Source: Oscillatoriales cyanobacterium PMM_0080
Lineage (GTDB): Bacteria > Cyanobacteriota > Cyanobacteriia > Cyanobacteriales > Microcoleaceae
Assembly (NCBI GenBank): GCA_949127775.1
Contig: CASBQF010000094.1
Coordinates: 16,198-80,197 of the forward strand
Direction: 5' to 3'
Length of the DNA stretch: 64,000 bases
Shown here: positions 28,430-38,954 of the stretch, piece after piece
How positions within the stretch are numbered: the first letter of the stretch is position 1
Layout of the letters: each line of letters starts with the position of its first letter
The notes under the pieces: model-generated
What the model was told of the DNA's origin: nothing
Database searches by the model: none
What the model saw: the letters and a program-made list of their open reading frames with translations, nothing else
Made by a program: the position numbers and the translations under genes

Positions 28430-29575
28430 TTGCCTAAAACCATTGACATCGTGACCCTGATTTTACCTGTAACTGACTCTGCTCATAACTCTACTGCCCG
28501 CGCAGCGAAGCCGAAAAACTACGGCTGGCCGGGCTTGATCGAAGCTTATCGCCGCTACTTGCCGGTGACTGAAAGCACGCCCGTAGTGACGCTCCACGAA
28601 GGCAATACTCCCCTGATTCCAGCACCTGCGATCGCCGCTCTCATCGGTAGAGATGTGCGCGTCTTGGTCAAATACGACGGCCTCAACCCCACTGGTAGTT
28701 TCAAAGACCGGGGGATGACAATGGCGATTTCCAAGGCGAAGGAGGCTGGTGCCGAGGCGGTAATTTGCGCCAGTACGGGCAATACTTCGGCAGCGGCGGC
28801 TGCTTACGCCCGACGTGGGGGGATGCGCGCTTTTGTGTTGATTCCCGAAGGTTACGTGGCTTTGGGCAAGTTGGCCCAAGCTTTGCTTTACGGTGCCCAA
28901 GTGATTTCGATTGTCGGTAATTTCGATCGGGCTTTAGAAATTGTCCGAGAAATGGCCGTCAATTACCCCGTGACGTTGGTAAATTCCGTAAATCCTTACC
29001 GCTTGGAAGGCCAGAAAACCGGAGCTTTTGAAGTGGTGGACGCTTTGGGCGATGCCCCAGACTGGCTGTGCATTCCCGTCGGAAATGCCGGGAATATCAC
29101 AGCATACTGGATGGGTTTTTGTCAATACCATCAAGCCAAAAAATGTTCGCGGCTACCACGGATGATGGGATTTCAAGCGGCGGGGGCTGCACCGTTAGTG
29201 ACGGGACATCCGGTGTCGCACCCAGAAACTCTGGCGACGGCGATTCGGATTGGGAACCCTGCTAGTTGGAATCAAGCTGTTGCTGCTTCCGAAGCCAGTC
29301 GCGGCAGTTTTAGTGCTGTCACCGACGAAGAAATTCTGGATGCTTACCGTTTGTTAGCATCACAGGAAGGGATTTTCTGCGAACCTGCGAGTGCAGCTTC
29401 TGTGGCCGGTTTACTGAAGGTGAAAGACCAAGTTCCGACGGGAGCAACGGTAGTTTGTGTGCTCACTGGTAACGGTTTGAAAGACCCGGATACGGCGATT
29501 AATCACAGCAAGAACAACTTTAAACAGGGAGTTGCTCCGAGTTTGGATGCGGTGGCTGGCGCGATGGGATTTTAG
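28430..29575 (+). CDS. thrC: Threonine synthase (start may be the GTG at 28451)
   Basis: [16 protein letters not shown] (PLP Lys), [29 protein letters not shown]. Confidence 0.95.
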   Translation: MPKTIDIVTLILPVTDSAHNSTARAAKPKNYGWPGLIEAYRRYLPVTESTPVVTLHEGNTPLIPAPAIAALIGRDVRVLVKYDGLNPTGSFKDRGMTMAISKAKEAGAEAVICASTGNTSAAAAAYARRGGMRAFVLIPEGYVALGKLAQALLYGAQVISIVGNFDRALEIVREMAVNYPVTLVNSVNPYRLEGQKTGAFEVVDALGDAPDWLCIPVGNAGNITAYWMGFCQYHQAKKCSRLPRMMGFQAAGAAPLVTGHPVSHPETLATAIRIGNPASWNQAVAASEASRGSFSAVTDEEILDAYRLLASQEGIFCEPASAASVAGLLKVKDQVPTGATVVCVLTGNGLKDPDTAINHSKNNFKQGVAPSLDAVAGAMGF

Positions 29576-29737
29576 AAGGGAAGGAAGAAGGAAGAGGGAA
29601 GAGGGAAGAGGGAAAAAGTTATGCTCAATTCGATTCTTCTCTTCTCCCTCTTTGTCTTTAGTTATACGATCGGTTGTTGGGTTGAACTTGCGCGTACAAA
29701 AGGTGTTTGATTGCGAGGAAGGCGATCGGACATAAGA

Positions 29738-31066
29738 TTATTCTGGCTTTAAAACTTTGGCTGCTGCTTCGTAGCGCTGGATAATAGAAGCGCGATCGCC
29801 TTCCTCAGTTATTTTTTCCAAACTGCCGCGCTCAATCATACCCGCATGACGCAAAAGTACGGCTCGGTCTTTATTGTAGCGGGTGTAAGGAGCAATTCTA
29901 GCGATCGCTTCCAACAACCGAATTGTTACCGCCACATCTGTATACGCGTACTGTCGAATCTGGTTAAAGGCACTATTAACTAACCCTTCAAAAGTCGCTA
30001 CTTCAACGATGACGCGCAAATTATGTTCGCCATCGTAGCGGTAGGGCGAGGGAAAATTCCGTTGCGCTATGCGAGACAATCCAGCACTCAATCTGTCAAT
30101 ACACCGAATTGCAGTAAACGGATCGTTGACAGCAGGAGAAATCGCGCGCAAGGCAATTTCAACTAATTGATTGATGGGAAACTCTGCATCCTGATACTCT
30201 GTTCGTTCCTTCCCTAGAATAAACGCATCGTTAATTAGTTTAGTAGTAAGTTCCCGATCGACCCGTGTTCCCGGCAAAACTACCGCTAAATCGCTGCCCT
30301 TAATTATAAACTTTCCCGGTCGAGTTTTCACACGGACAAGTAGATTGTACTTGCGGGTAATTTTCATTAATTCATCATGATCAATTGCTTGCAGATAACC
30401 ATCGCCAGCGGCTTTAACAGGGCTTGCTTCTTCTTCAAAGTTGGCTGGAATTTCTCCGATTTGCCATGATTTTTTTGCTGCACTATGCCCGATTTTTTCG
30501 GGGAACAGCCTATCTATTGTTTTGTCTAAATCCTCGCTAACATGATTAATAACGTGGGATGCTTGAATGATGGTGGATGCGTGATGGATAAAGTAAATTA
30601 GCACGCCCATACTGGCAATTGCCAGCATCGTACCGACTGTAACCGAGAGTTGCGGCACAAAAAGACTGTATCCATCTCCTTCAGCATGAATAGTCCGCAG
30701 TACGAGCAAACAATAAATAAACGTGGAAATGAAAGTGCCGAGCACGATTTGGTTGCCGGTATCCTGCATAAAATTGCGCAGCAATCGGGGGCCGAAATTT
30801 GAACTCGCCAACTGAAGCGCCACAATAGTAATGGAAAAAGCTGTAGCGACAACGCTCACCATTGAACCCGCAACCGATGACAGCAGCGATCGCGCTCCAT
30901 CTGTTCCGCCGGTGTAAATCCACCACCAGTTAGGTGTATTGCCTGTGCGATCGAGTGTTAGCATTGCTTCGGCCAAAATTATTGAGCTCGCCGCCATCAA
31001 CGTCGGGATAAACCAGTAGCTAGAGTGCAGCGAATCCCAAAGTTTGTTCAACTTGACATTTTTCAT
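29738..31066 (-). CDS. DUF2254 family membrane protein
   Basis: YWFIP, AFSITIVALQLASSNFGPRLL, EIALRAISPAVNDPFTA. Confidence 0.8.
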   Translation of the reverse strand: MKNVKLNKLWDSLHSSYWFIPTLMAASSIILAEAMLTLDRTGNTPNWWWIYTGGTDGARSLLSSVAGSMVSVVATAFSITIVALQLASSNFGPRLLRNFMQDTGNQIVLGTFISTFIYCLLVLRTIHAEGDGYSLFVPQLSVTVGTMLAIASMGVLIYFIHHASTIIQASHVINHVSEDLDKTIDRLFPEKIGHSAAKKSWQIGEIPANFEEEASPVKAAGDGYLQAIDHDELMKITRKYNLLVRVKTRPGKFIIKGSDLAVVLPGTRVDRELTTKLINDAFILGKERTEYQDAEFPINQLVEIALRAISPAVNDPFTAIRCIDRLSAGLSRIAQRNFPSPYRYDGEHNLRVIVEVATFEGLVNSAFNQIRQYAYTDVAVTIRLLEAIARIAPYTRYNKDRAVLLRHAGMIERGSLEKITEEGDRASIIQRYEAAAKVLKPE

Positions 31067-31080
31067 GACTTGCGATCCAG

Positions 31081-32070
31081 TTAAGATTGTCCGTTGCGGT
31101 CAGTTTGCGATCGTCCTGGGGCCAGTTTTCGCAAAGAGCCGCCAATACTGCGAGGTTTAGGAATTTTAGTTTTGCCCGCTGGCCATCCTTCGCGCTGTAG
31201 GGAGCGATCGCCATCGGTTTCTTCGGTTTGGTCGTGAAACAAGATTTGGCGCGTGGGATAAGGCAAATCGATGCCGTTTTCCACGTATAGCTTTTGTTTA
31301 ATAGCAGAAATTACCTGGTCGCGCGATCGCAAATCGTCAATTCGGCGCGGCGGAGCAATCCACCACCGAACGCGGATATTGACGCTACTTTCTGCTAGCT
31401 CAACCACCAGCACATCGGGTGCAGGATCTTTCAAAACCTCATCTACGCTGTACAATGCTTCCAGTATTAACTGCTTGGCGTGGTCAATATCGTCACCGTA
31501 ACCAATACCAACATCGTATTCCATACGGCGTTTATCAAAAGCAGTATTCACTGTCACCGAATTCGTAAACAGTTCGGCATTGGGAATGACAATCCGGCGA
31601 CCATCATAGGTGCGGATTGTGGTAGCGCGAGTCTCAATATTTTCTACCGTTCCCTCAAAATTTTTAAACACAATCTGGTCATCGATTTGGAACGGTTCCG
31701 TCAACAAAATTAGGATACCGGCTAAGAAGTTTTGCAAGATATCGCGAAAGGCAAAACCAATCGCCACCCCGCTAATTCCCAGCAGTTGTACCAAATCGCC
31801 CGCTTTAAATGTGGGAATTACAATCGAAAGAGCAACAAACAGACCAACTAGAACGATCGTACCCTGCGCCAACCGTCCTAACACCAGCCCCAAATTTCGT
31901 GCTTGGTGGTGGTTGCGAGTAAGTCGCCTGACCGCTCTCTTAATTGCCCTGCCCAAAAAGAAAAAAATTGCAAAAACAATTAACGCCAGCACAATATTGG
32001 GCAACAGGATAATCAAGCCGTCGATCATGCTCTGAATCTTTGCCCAGACTGCCGATATCTCTGCCTTCAT
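31081..32070 (-). CDS. Small-conductance mechanosensitive channel (MscS family)
   Basis: GVAIGFAFRDILQNFLAG, PFQIDD, RTYDGRRIVIPNA, IDLPYP. Confidence 0.9.
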   Translation of the reverse strand: MKAEISAVWAKIQSMIDGLIILLPNIVLALIVFAIFFFLGRAIKRAVRRLTRNHHQARNLGLVLGRLAQGTIVLVGLFVALSIVIPTFKAGDLVQLLGISGVAIGFAFRDILQNFLAGILILLTEPFQIDDQIVFKNFEGTVENIETRATTIRTYDGRRIVIPNAELFTNSVTVNTAFDKRRMEYDVGIGYGDDIDHAKQLILEALYSVDEVLKDPAPDVLVVELAESSVNIRVRWWIAPPRRIDDLRSRDQVISAIKQKLYVENGIDLPYPTRQILFHDQTEETDGDRSLQREGWPAGKTKIPKPRSIGGSLRKLAPGRSQTDRNGQS

Positions 32071-32304
32071 GAAGTTTCCTCGCGCATCACTCGTTCTCGA
32101 TAGTATTAAGAATTAGCTCGGTTCAACTCTATCTAAAGACTGTAGATTGGTACGGCACGAGGAAGATTTTTCGGCGGTTCTTAATACTTTGAATCTAAAT
32201 CCAAGCTGGGAATATAGCACAGTTACATCAATTAGCAGACAATCCGTAGATGCGGAATCATCAAGAAGTTGATAAATTAATGCCTCCTAATTGCAGTCAA
32301 AGTG

Positions 32305-32412
32305 AAGGCAATTCATGAATTGCCCCTACGGAGCATGGTTTCCAACCTGACGGATTTAAATCCATCGTCCCGGTTCAATTTAGGGGCAATTCATGAATTG
32401 CCCGTCAAAGGT
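32305..32412. repeat. REP pair GGGGCAATTCATGAATTGCCCC
   Basis: Two copies of the palindrome ggcaattcatgaattgcc. Confidence 0.7.
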
Positions 32413-32728
32413 GAGGGGTGATATCAAATCCGGCTGCGCCGGAATGACAAGCGAGGAGACGGCAGTGCCGTGTCCCTACAATTAATCTGGCGTAGGGATA
32501 CGGCACTGCCGTCTCCTAATTTCACCTAATAATTCCGATGCTACCGGAAACGATATGACGGGGTGACACTCTTTCTTGATTCGCCAACAGTCTCTTGAAA
32601 CCGCGTCTATACAAACTTTCGTGTCGTCGGGCGAGGAAAAAAATAACGGGAGTGCAAAACCCGGATTTGGTATAAATCCCACCTGCTGAGGGTACTCCCC
32701 ATGCCGAAAATTCGTGAATTTATAACTC

Positions 32729-33361
32729 CTACTCCCTAAAAGGTGGTAGACCAAGTAACGGGTTTTTAGAAGGCGGAAGTTGGGCCTGATTGTGGCGGAT
32801 CTCGATCCTCTTCGAGGGCTTCGCTAACGCACTTTCTGAATTTTCCGTGTTCACAGGTACTATTTCCATAGAATATACTGTTTCTGTTTTTGCAGGAGCA
32901 GGATTTCTGGCTTTCGTGAGCAAGTCAACAGCATCTCCGAGAGCGCTAGTTAAATTTTTGCTAGTTTCGGCGTGGAGGGCTTCTTCTAGTTTGAGGGCTT
33001 GAGCAAACTGCTTGATTTGTTCAAAAGCCCGATCGCGCTCTTCGAGTACCGCAACTAATTTAGCTTTAAGTTCATCAACTGTTTGCAATTGTTCGACTTC
33101 CTGCTGGCGAGCAATTCCAGCTTCGTCACCTTCAGACACATTGGGAGAAAAATTCTGGGATTCCTCGATTTTTGCTTCCAAATTAGCGATACTTTGCTGA
33201 GTTAATTTAGCATCATTCCGTCGCTGCTCAGCTTCGGTATTATACAGTTGGCGCCACTGAGCTGCGCTTTCACCGGCTTCGTCGCGATCGCGTGTCATTT
33301 CTGTTAACTGCTGTTGCAGTCGCTTGATTTCATCTAACCACTGTCTGACATCCTGAGACAT
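32729..33361 (-). CDS. Coiled-coil hypothetical protein; carries an in-frame 21-nt repeat insertion
   Basis: MSQDVRQWLDEIKRLQQQL... heptad-rich; 21-nt element at 32808-32828. Confidence 0.65.
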   Translation of the reverse strand: MSQDVRQWLDEIKRLQQQLTEMTRDRDEAGESAAQWRQLYNTEAEQRRNDAKLTQQSIANLEAKIEESQNFSPNVSEGDEAGIARQQEVEQLQTVDELKAKLVAVLEERDRAFEQIKQFAQALKLEEALHAETSKNLTSALGDAVDLLTKARNPAPAKTETVYSMEIVPVNTENSESALAKPSKRIEIRHNQAQLPPSKNPLLGLPPFRE

Positions 33362-33558
33362 AATATTGATTTTATATTGGGGGATTTGGAGTTGGGAATT
33401 GGCAATTGGCAATTGCGAGTTGATAATGCCTTAATTAATTAACGACTTACGTTATATCGTTTCCGGTTGCATCAATATTGTTCAAACAGTCAATAGTCAA
33501 CAATCATTTGTAACCGGAATTGATATTACCTCATCTTTCGCCCCGTTTCCTGTGAACT

Positions 33559-34575
33559 ATGAATATTTTTTATTGGTTGCGTTACCTGATTTTAGCTTTA
33601 TTTAAGGCGCTTTTGAGGCTGCTGAGAGCAATTCAACGGAAATTTGGTCAGTTTTGGCTTTTTTGTCAGTGTTTGACGTGGGACACGCTCAAGGAGGTGT
33701 GCGTGAAGGCAGGAGAGCAGCGGTTGCCAGGGTTATCTGCGGAAATGGCCTACAATTCTATGTTGGCGCTGTTTCCGGGGCTGTTGGCGGTGTTATCGGC
33801 GATCGGCCTATTTGAACCTTTGCAATCCACACTTTATCAAATTGCCGGTCTTTTGGGCGAAGTTATACCCGATGACGTGCGAAATTTGATTCGTAGTTCC
33901 CTCAAAGAAATCCTTTCATATCGCAACCAGCAACTATTTTCCCTCAGTTTTGTGGCAGCGCTATGGGCATTTTCTGGGGTAATGAGCGCCGCAATGGCTG
34001 CACTCGATCGCATCCATGACATCCCGGGCGATCGGACTCGCTCTTTTGTGAAAGCAAAATTTATTTCTTTGGGACTGAGTATCGGTACGATCGTACTATT
34101 AATCCTAGCATCGGGCGTAGTATTTCTCAGCGATTTAATTGTACAAGCTATTGCGCGCCAGAGTTGTTTGCTGGAGTCTGTCGCTAATTGCAATTTAAAA
34201 GATGTTAAAAATTGCTTGCTCCCCGCCACAAGTTGCCCTTTAGAGTCAGAACTATTAGCTATTTGGCGGCTGTGGCGCTGGCCTAGTTCTTTGGGAATTA
34301 TATCTGTCACCTTTGCCTTCATTTACCGTTACGGCCCAAGCCGACACCAACGAGACATTCCGATTTTTTCTGGTGCTGTTTTTGCGGCTGTTTTGTGGGC
34401 GCTGATTTCAGCTTTTTTTCGCTTCTACGTTTTGCATTTGGGAAATTATACTTGGACTTATGGGACGATCGGCACTTTTATTGTTTTGCTATTGTGGCTC
34501 TATCTTTGTTGTTTGGTGATGCTGATTGGCGCTCAGTTGAATGTGACTATTGGGAAAGCAATGAAACTCAAATAA
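33559..34575 (+). CDS. YihY/virulence factor BrkB family membrane protein
   Basis: LSAEMAYNSMLALFP, YRYGP, YTWTYGTIG.FIVLLLWLY...IGAQLN. Confidence 0.88.
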   Translation: MNIFYWLRYLILALFKALLRLLRAIQRKFGQFWLFCQCLTWDTLKEVCVKAGEQRLPGLSAEMAYNSMLALFPGLLAVLSAIGLFEPLQSTLYQIAGLLGEVIPDDVRNLIRSSLKEILSYRNQQLFSLSFVAALWAFSGVMSAAMAALDRIHDIPGDRTRSFVKAKFISLGLSIGTIVLLILASGVVFLSDLIVQAIARQSCLLESVANCNLKDVKNCLLPATSCPLESELLAIWRLWRWPSSLGIISVTFAFIYRYGPSRHQRDIPIFSGAVFAAVLWALISAFFRFYVLHLGNYTWTYGTIGTFIVLLLWLYLCCLVMLIGAQLNVTIGKAMKLK

Positions 34576-34715
34576 TGGGCATTGGTAATTGGGCATTGGG
34601 CATTGGGCATTAGACCTCTCAAATAATTATTGTAGAACAGGCATCCTGCCTGTTCAAAACCTGCTTTCCTGGATATATCTATTGGTAATAACAACCGTCA
34701 GCGAAATATTATTAA

Positions 34716-34904
34716 CTATCTGCGGATTAAAGTATTCAAGATACCCGCAACAAAAGACAGAAAAATTAGTATCCAAATAACAGCACCAGGAAGGAATGTT
34801 AAGAGGCCAACACCTCTGAGAATCCAAACTAGCAAAGTTACGCCCAGGATACTCAGAAAGATGCGGGTTGATAGTCGCATTTGAAATCTAGGAGAATTAG
34901 TCAT
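34716..34904 (-). CDS. Small two-TM hypothetical membrane protein
   Basis: VWILRGVGLLTFLPGAVIWILI, two hydrophobic helices. Confidence 0.5.
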   Translation of the reverse strand: MTNSPRFQMRLSTRIFLSILGVTLLVWILRGVGLLTFLPGAVIWILIFLSFVAGILNTLIRR

Positions 34905-35154
34905 GTTGAATATTAAAGTTTTGTCTGGATCTAATGATAGCTGTTTTATTGAGTGCATCTGATGTGCAGGTAAATATATTCGTATTTGGTTGAGATGGTA
35001 AAGAAGATCGCCCTTACGAACAAAAAAAGCGATCGCCCACGGGAACTAACAGAAACTAGCAGAAAGATGACAATCCATAACGCGCTGGTGAGAGAATTGT
35101 TAGGTCGATCGCCCTTTGTGAGTTGTCCGGGCGATCGACCTTCACAACCGCAGT

Positions 35155-35562
35155 CTACTTTTCCCCAGCCACCGCCACCGCTAAATTCCAATCCGGCCGC
35201 AAATTTTGAGCTCCCCGCAAATAAGGATGATAAATTTCAATGTGTGCCGGCCAATTAACGTGAATTAAAAATCGAATGCAGCGCGGCAAAGAACCCTCAA
35301 CGTGCATTTGCTGGACATCCAACAAAGGAACATTACACCAGTGAGGACGTTCGCGGGCGATCGCAGCCGGAAACACAGCATCTAAATCGCGAGTAGCAGA
35401 AAACGTAGCACTAATAATTAAATCTGGATTTATATCATTTTTCCCTTCTAATTCATCTAATAATTCTCTCACTGCTTCTCGAATTGCTGCCACCGAATTA
35501 TCGCTAGCAGTTGTTGCTCCACGAATCGCCCGCACTTGCCATTCCACGCAAATATTCTCCAT
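35155..35562 (-). CDS. aroH: Chorismate mutase, AroH class
   Basis: VRAIRGATT, DLDAVFPAAIAR, VPLLDVQQM.VEGSLPRCIR, YLRGAQNLRPD. Confidence 0.93.
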   Translation of the reverse strand: MENICVEWQVRAIRGATTASDNSVAAIREAVRELLDELEGKNDINPDLIISATFSATRDLDAVFPAAIARERPHWCNVPLLDVQQMHVEGSLPRCIRFLIHVNWPAHIEIYHPYLRGAQNLRPDWNLAVAVAGEK

Positions 35563-35887
35563 GTTTTGTCAGTTGTCAGTTGTCAATGGTTATTGGTTAT
35601 TTGTTACTGGTTATTTGTTACTGGTTATTTGTTACTTGTTATTTGTTATTTGTTATTTGTTATTTGCGTTGGCGTGAGCCCTTCGATCCTTCGACTCCGC
35701 TCAGGGCGACGCTTCGCTCAGGATAAACGCAGTCGTTGGGTTACTTGTTATTTGTTGGTTTGTCAATAACCAACAACCAATAACCAACAACCAATAACTA
35801 ATAACCAATAACCAACAACCAATAACCAATAACCAATAACCAATAACCAATAACCAATAACCAATAACGAATGACTAATTTATTTAA

Positions 35888-36706
35888 TCACGAACGATAC
35901 AACCACAGCGGTAAACCGCTACTCGTCATCTCAAATTCCAGCCAACTTTTGTAAGCCGAAAGTCCGGATGTATCCAGACTACTCCCCAAGATGCGATTTA
36001 GGAAAGGTTTTGATTTTTCCAGAGTGCAGGACTCGGTTTTTTCCGGGTCAAGTCCAGCGAGTTCCGCCGTCCAGCGGCGAGCGTCCTCTTCTGTTCCTAG
36101 TCGATCGACCAAACCCAATTCTAAGGCTTGCTGCCCTGTGAAAACACGGCCGTCGGCAAAACTTTTAACTTTCTCAACGGTGAGTTTCCGGGCTTCGGCA
36201 ACGGTTTCTACGAACTGCTGATAGCTGGTGTCGATCAAATCTTGCAGAATTTGCTGTTCTGGTTCGGTTAATTCGCGATCGAATGCCAAGATATCTTTGT
36301 ATGGGCCAGATTTAATCACCTGAAAAGAAACACCTACCTTTTCCAATAGCCGTTCTAGATTATTGCCCCGGATAATCACGCCAATACTACCGGTAATTGT
36401 ACCGGGATTGGCAACAATATATTCGGCTCCCATACCGATGTAAACACCTCCAGAAGCCGAGATATTGCCAAAACTGGCAACAATTTTAACTTTTTCGCTC
36501 AAGCGCTTCAGGGCGCTGTAGATTTCCTGGGAATCGCCAACAGTGCCGCCGGGAGAGTCTATCCGTAGCAGCAAAGCGGGAAACTTCCGTTCCTCAACAG
36601 TTTTGAGGGCTTCTAGAACTCGTTTGCGGGTATCTCCGGCAATGGCGCCGGTGACTTCGATGCGAGCGATTTGTTTGCGGTAGCGGGGCTTGAATGGCCA
36701 AATCAT
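35888..36706 (-). CDS. sppA: Signal peptide peptidase SppA, 36K type
   Basis: MIWPFK start; RIDSPGGTV, SASGGVY, TGSIGV, KSGPYKD, DGRVFTG. Confidence 0.92.
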   Translation of the reverse strand: MIWPFKPRYRKQIARIEVTGAIAGDTRKRVLEALKTVEERKFPALLLRIDSPGGTVGDSQEIYSALKRLSEKVKIVASFGNISASGGVYIGMGAEYIVANPGTITGSIGVIIRGNNLERLLEKVGVSFQVIKSGPYKDILAFDRELTEPEQQILQDLIDTSYQQFVETVAEARKLTVEKVKSFADGRVFTGQQALELGLVDRLGTEEDARRWTAELAGLDPEKTESCTLEKSKPFLNRILGSSLDTSGLSAYKSWLEFEMTSSGLPLWLYRS

Positions 36707-37041
36707 GGGCAGTTTACAGGCAATGTGAAATTTTGTAGCTAAGTTATAGTGTGCCTTATCTGAAGGAAGAGTTGACAGTTGACAGCTTGCCCTGAGCGTA
36801 GTCGAAGGGTTGACAGTTGACAGTTGACGGTTTTCAGAGGGAAGAGGGCCACTCGCGAGACTGAAGAAACCGGGTTTTTTCGAGAGATTAAGGGTTTGAG
36901 GCAAATATCTGGGTGAAAAAACCCGGTTTCTGGCTACTCGTGCGATCGTGAACAACACCGATATATAATTGTAAAAATTGCTTAACAAAACTACATCATC
37001 CCCACGAGAGCCACTCTCATCAATCATCTGGAGCCCTACCC

Positions 37042-38112
37042 ATGCAGCTAAAACTTACCGATTCAAAACTGCCTTTCGCGCCATTGTTGCTAATTGCGCC
37101 GTTTTTCCTGTGGGGAACCGCGATGGTAGCCATGAAAGGAGTCATGCCCCACACGACTCCGCTGTTTGTCGCTGTCGTGCGTTTGATACCTGCGGGCGTG
37201 TTGGTATTGCTGGCGGCGGCTTTGATGGGAAAACAACAACCACAAGGTTGGAAAGCTTGGCTGTGGATTTCGCTGTTTGCCCTAGTTGACGGCACTTTGT
37301 TTCAAGGCTTTTTAGCAGAAGGTTTGGCTAGAACCGGCGCGGGTTTGGGTTCGGTGATGATTGACTCTCAGCCGCTAGCAGTGGCAATTTTGTGTTTGTG
37401 GCTGTTTCAAGAAAAAATAGGTTTTTGGGGCTGGTTGGGCTTAGTTATTGGCATTCTGGGCATCAGTTTAATCGGGTTGCCAGATGGCTTTATTTTGGGG
37501 CTGTTTCATCCTGAAAATGCGCAGCTTTCTGCTGATATCGGAGATTTATTTCAGGGTGGAGAATGGTTGATGCTGTTGGCGGCTTTGTCGATGGCTGTGG
37601 GTACGGTTTTGGTGCGCTGGGTTTGCCGCTATGTTGACCCGATTGTGGCGACGGGCTGGCACATGATTTTGGGCGGTTTGCCGTTGTTGGCAGTTTCGGC
37701 GGCTACTGAATCTGAGCAGTTTGTCAATATCGATTTTTCGGGTTGGATGGCGTTAGGTTATTCTACAGTGTTCGGAAGTGCGATCGCCTACGGTTTGTTC
37801 TTTTACTTTGCTTCAAATGGCAGTCTCACCAGTTTAAGTTCTCTAACATTTTTAACACCAATTTTTGCCTTACTGTTCGGCAATTTGTTTTTGGGTGAAG
37901 TGCTGAATCCGCTGCAATCGATGGGAGTCGGGCTGACGTTGGTGAGTATTTATTTAATTAATCAGCGGGATACTTTGGCTGAGAAATTGGGGAAAGGGCG
38001 GAATGGTGCAGCGAATTCGGAAGAGGAAGTGCAGTTATTAGAATCGTCTGAATTGAATACAGTTGAATTTCCCGTACAAGTGCGGGCTACAGAATTAGAG
38101 TCTGAGGTTTAG
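37042..38112 (+). CDS. DMT/EamA family transporter
   Basis: Ten hydrophobic segments in two EamA repeats (FLWGTAMVAMK; LTFLTPIFAL). Confidence 0.88.
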   Translation: MQLKLTDSKLPFAPLLLIAPFFLWGTAMVAMKGVMPHTTPLFVAVVRLIPAGVLVLLAAALMGKQQPQGWKAWLWISLFALVDGTLFQGFLAEGLARTGAGLGSVMIDSQPLAVAILCLWLFQEKIGFWGWLGLVIGILGISLIGLPDGFILGLFHPENAQLSADIGDLFQGGEWLMLLAALSMAVGTVLVRWVCRYVDPIVATGWHMILGGLPLLAVSAATESEQFVNIDFSGWMALGYSTVFGSAIAYGLFFYFASNGSLTSLSSLTFLTPIFALLFGNLFLGEVLNPLQSMGVGLTLVSIYLINQRDTLAEKLGKGRNGAANSEEEVQLLESSELNTVEFPVQVRATELESEV

Positions 38113-38278
38113 GGAATTGGGTAGGGAAACGGCACTGCCGTGTCCGTATTTCATGCGAGGGAATTGGGTAGGGAAACGGCACTGCCGTGTCCGTATTTCA
38201 TGGGATTGAGAATGCCTATGGGGAGAATTAGTTAACTCTTAAATCATTTTCTATTATACGACATATAAATCTGGATCG

Positions 38279-38953
38279 TTACCAGTCATCCTCTTCAAAA
38301 ATTTGAATGTTTCTACTCTCAATCTCTTCTATAAAAACTTTCAGACTAGGATTATCTTGGTAATGCTTCATTAAAACTTTATGCTTGCCATATTGTTTGG
38401 CAATTTCTCGATAATATTCGGATTTTTTAGCGTCAATTGTAAAATTGTGTTTTTTGGAAAGTGCCTGATTTAATGTGTCGAGACATTTTTGAGATTTAGA
38501 TTTTCTATTGTCTGTATAATACAATGGGAGTAGCCAACACTCAATAGAGTCAACCGAAATTGCCAACACGATTCGCTGTTGATATTTATCGTAAAATTCC
38601 TCACCTATCACATCTCTGAATTTATCAATAACTTTTTCAATCAACTGCTGAATAGTAAATTTATTGCCATTTTCATCTCGACTGGGAACATTGTAATTAG
38701 AATTTTCTGAATCCACCAAAACATCAGTATCTATTTGAATAATGATATACTCATTAGATTGAAATGATTCTCGAAACTTTTTTGACCTGCAATAATCAAA
38801 AACTAGAGTCCAACCACCAGGATTTTTGTCTTTATCTATTTCTGGTTGCAGTGGTCTGATAACTAGATCGGATCTGTTGAAATATCCAGCTAAAATACTC
38901 TTAATAACAATCTGGTCAGTATGTCTTTCTGTAATCAATCCAAACTTAATCAT
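38279..38953 (-). CDS. TOPRIM-like (DUF4276/RloB-like) partner of the ATPase
   Basis: FGLITERHTDQ (ExxxD), GGW..V, IQIDTD (DxD), SIECWLL; 1 nt from the ATPase stop. Confidence 0.55.
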   Translation of the reverse strand: MIKFGLITERHTDQIVIKSILAGYFNRSDLVIRPLQPEIDKDKNPGGWTLVFDYCRSKKFRESFQSNEYIIIQIDTDVLVDSENSNYNVPSRDENGNKFTIQQLIEKVIDKFRDVIGEEFYDKYQQRIVLAISVDSIECWLLPLYYTDNRKSKSQKCLDTLNQALSKKHNFTIDAKKSEYYREIAKQYGKHKVLMKHYQDNPSLKVFIEEIESRNIQIFEEDDW

Positions 38954-38954
38954 A

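Noticed and set aside
36707-37027. 106-aa N-terminal extension of the 36K SppA in the ORF track
   Set aside because: It reads through STRR, REP and a cccttcgactacgctcagggc repeat and runs up to the divergent gene; MIWPF at 36706 is the plausible start.
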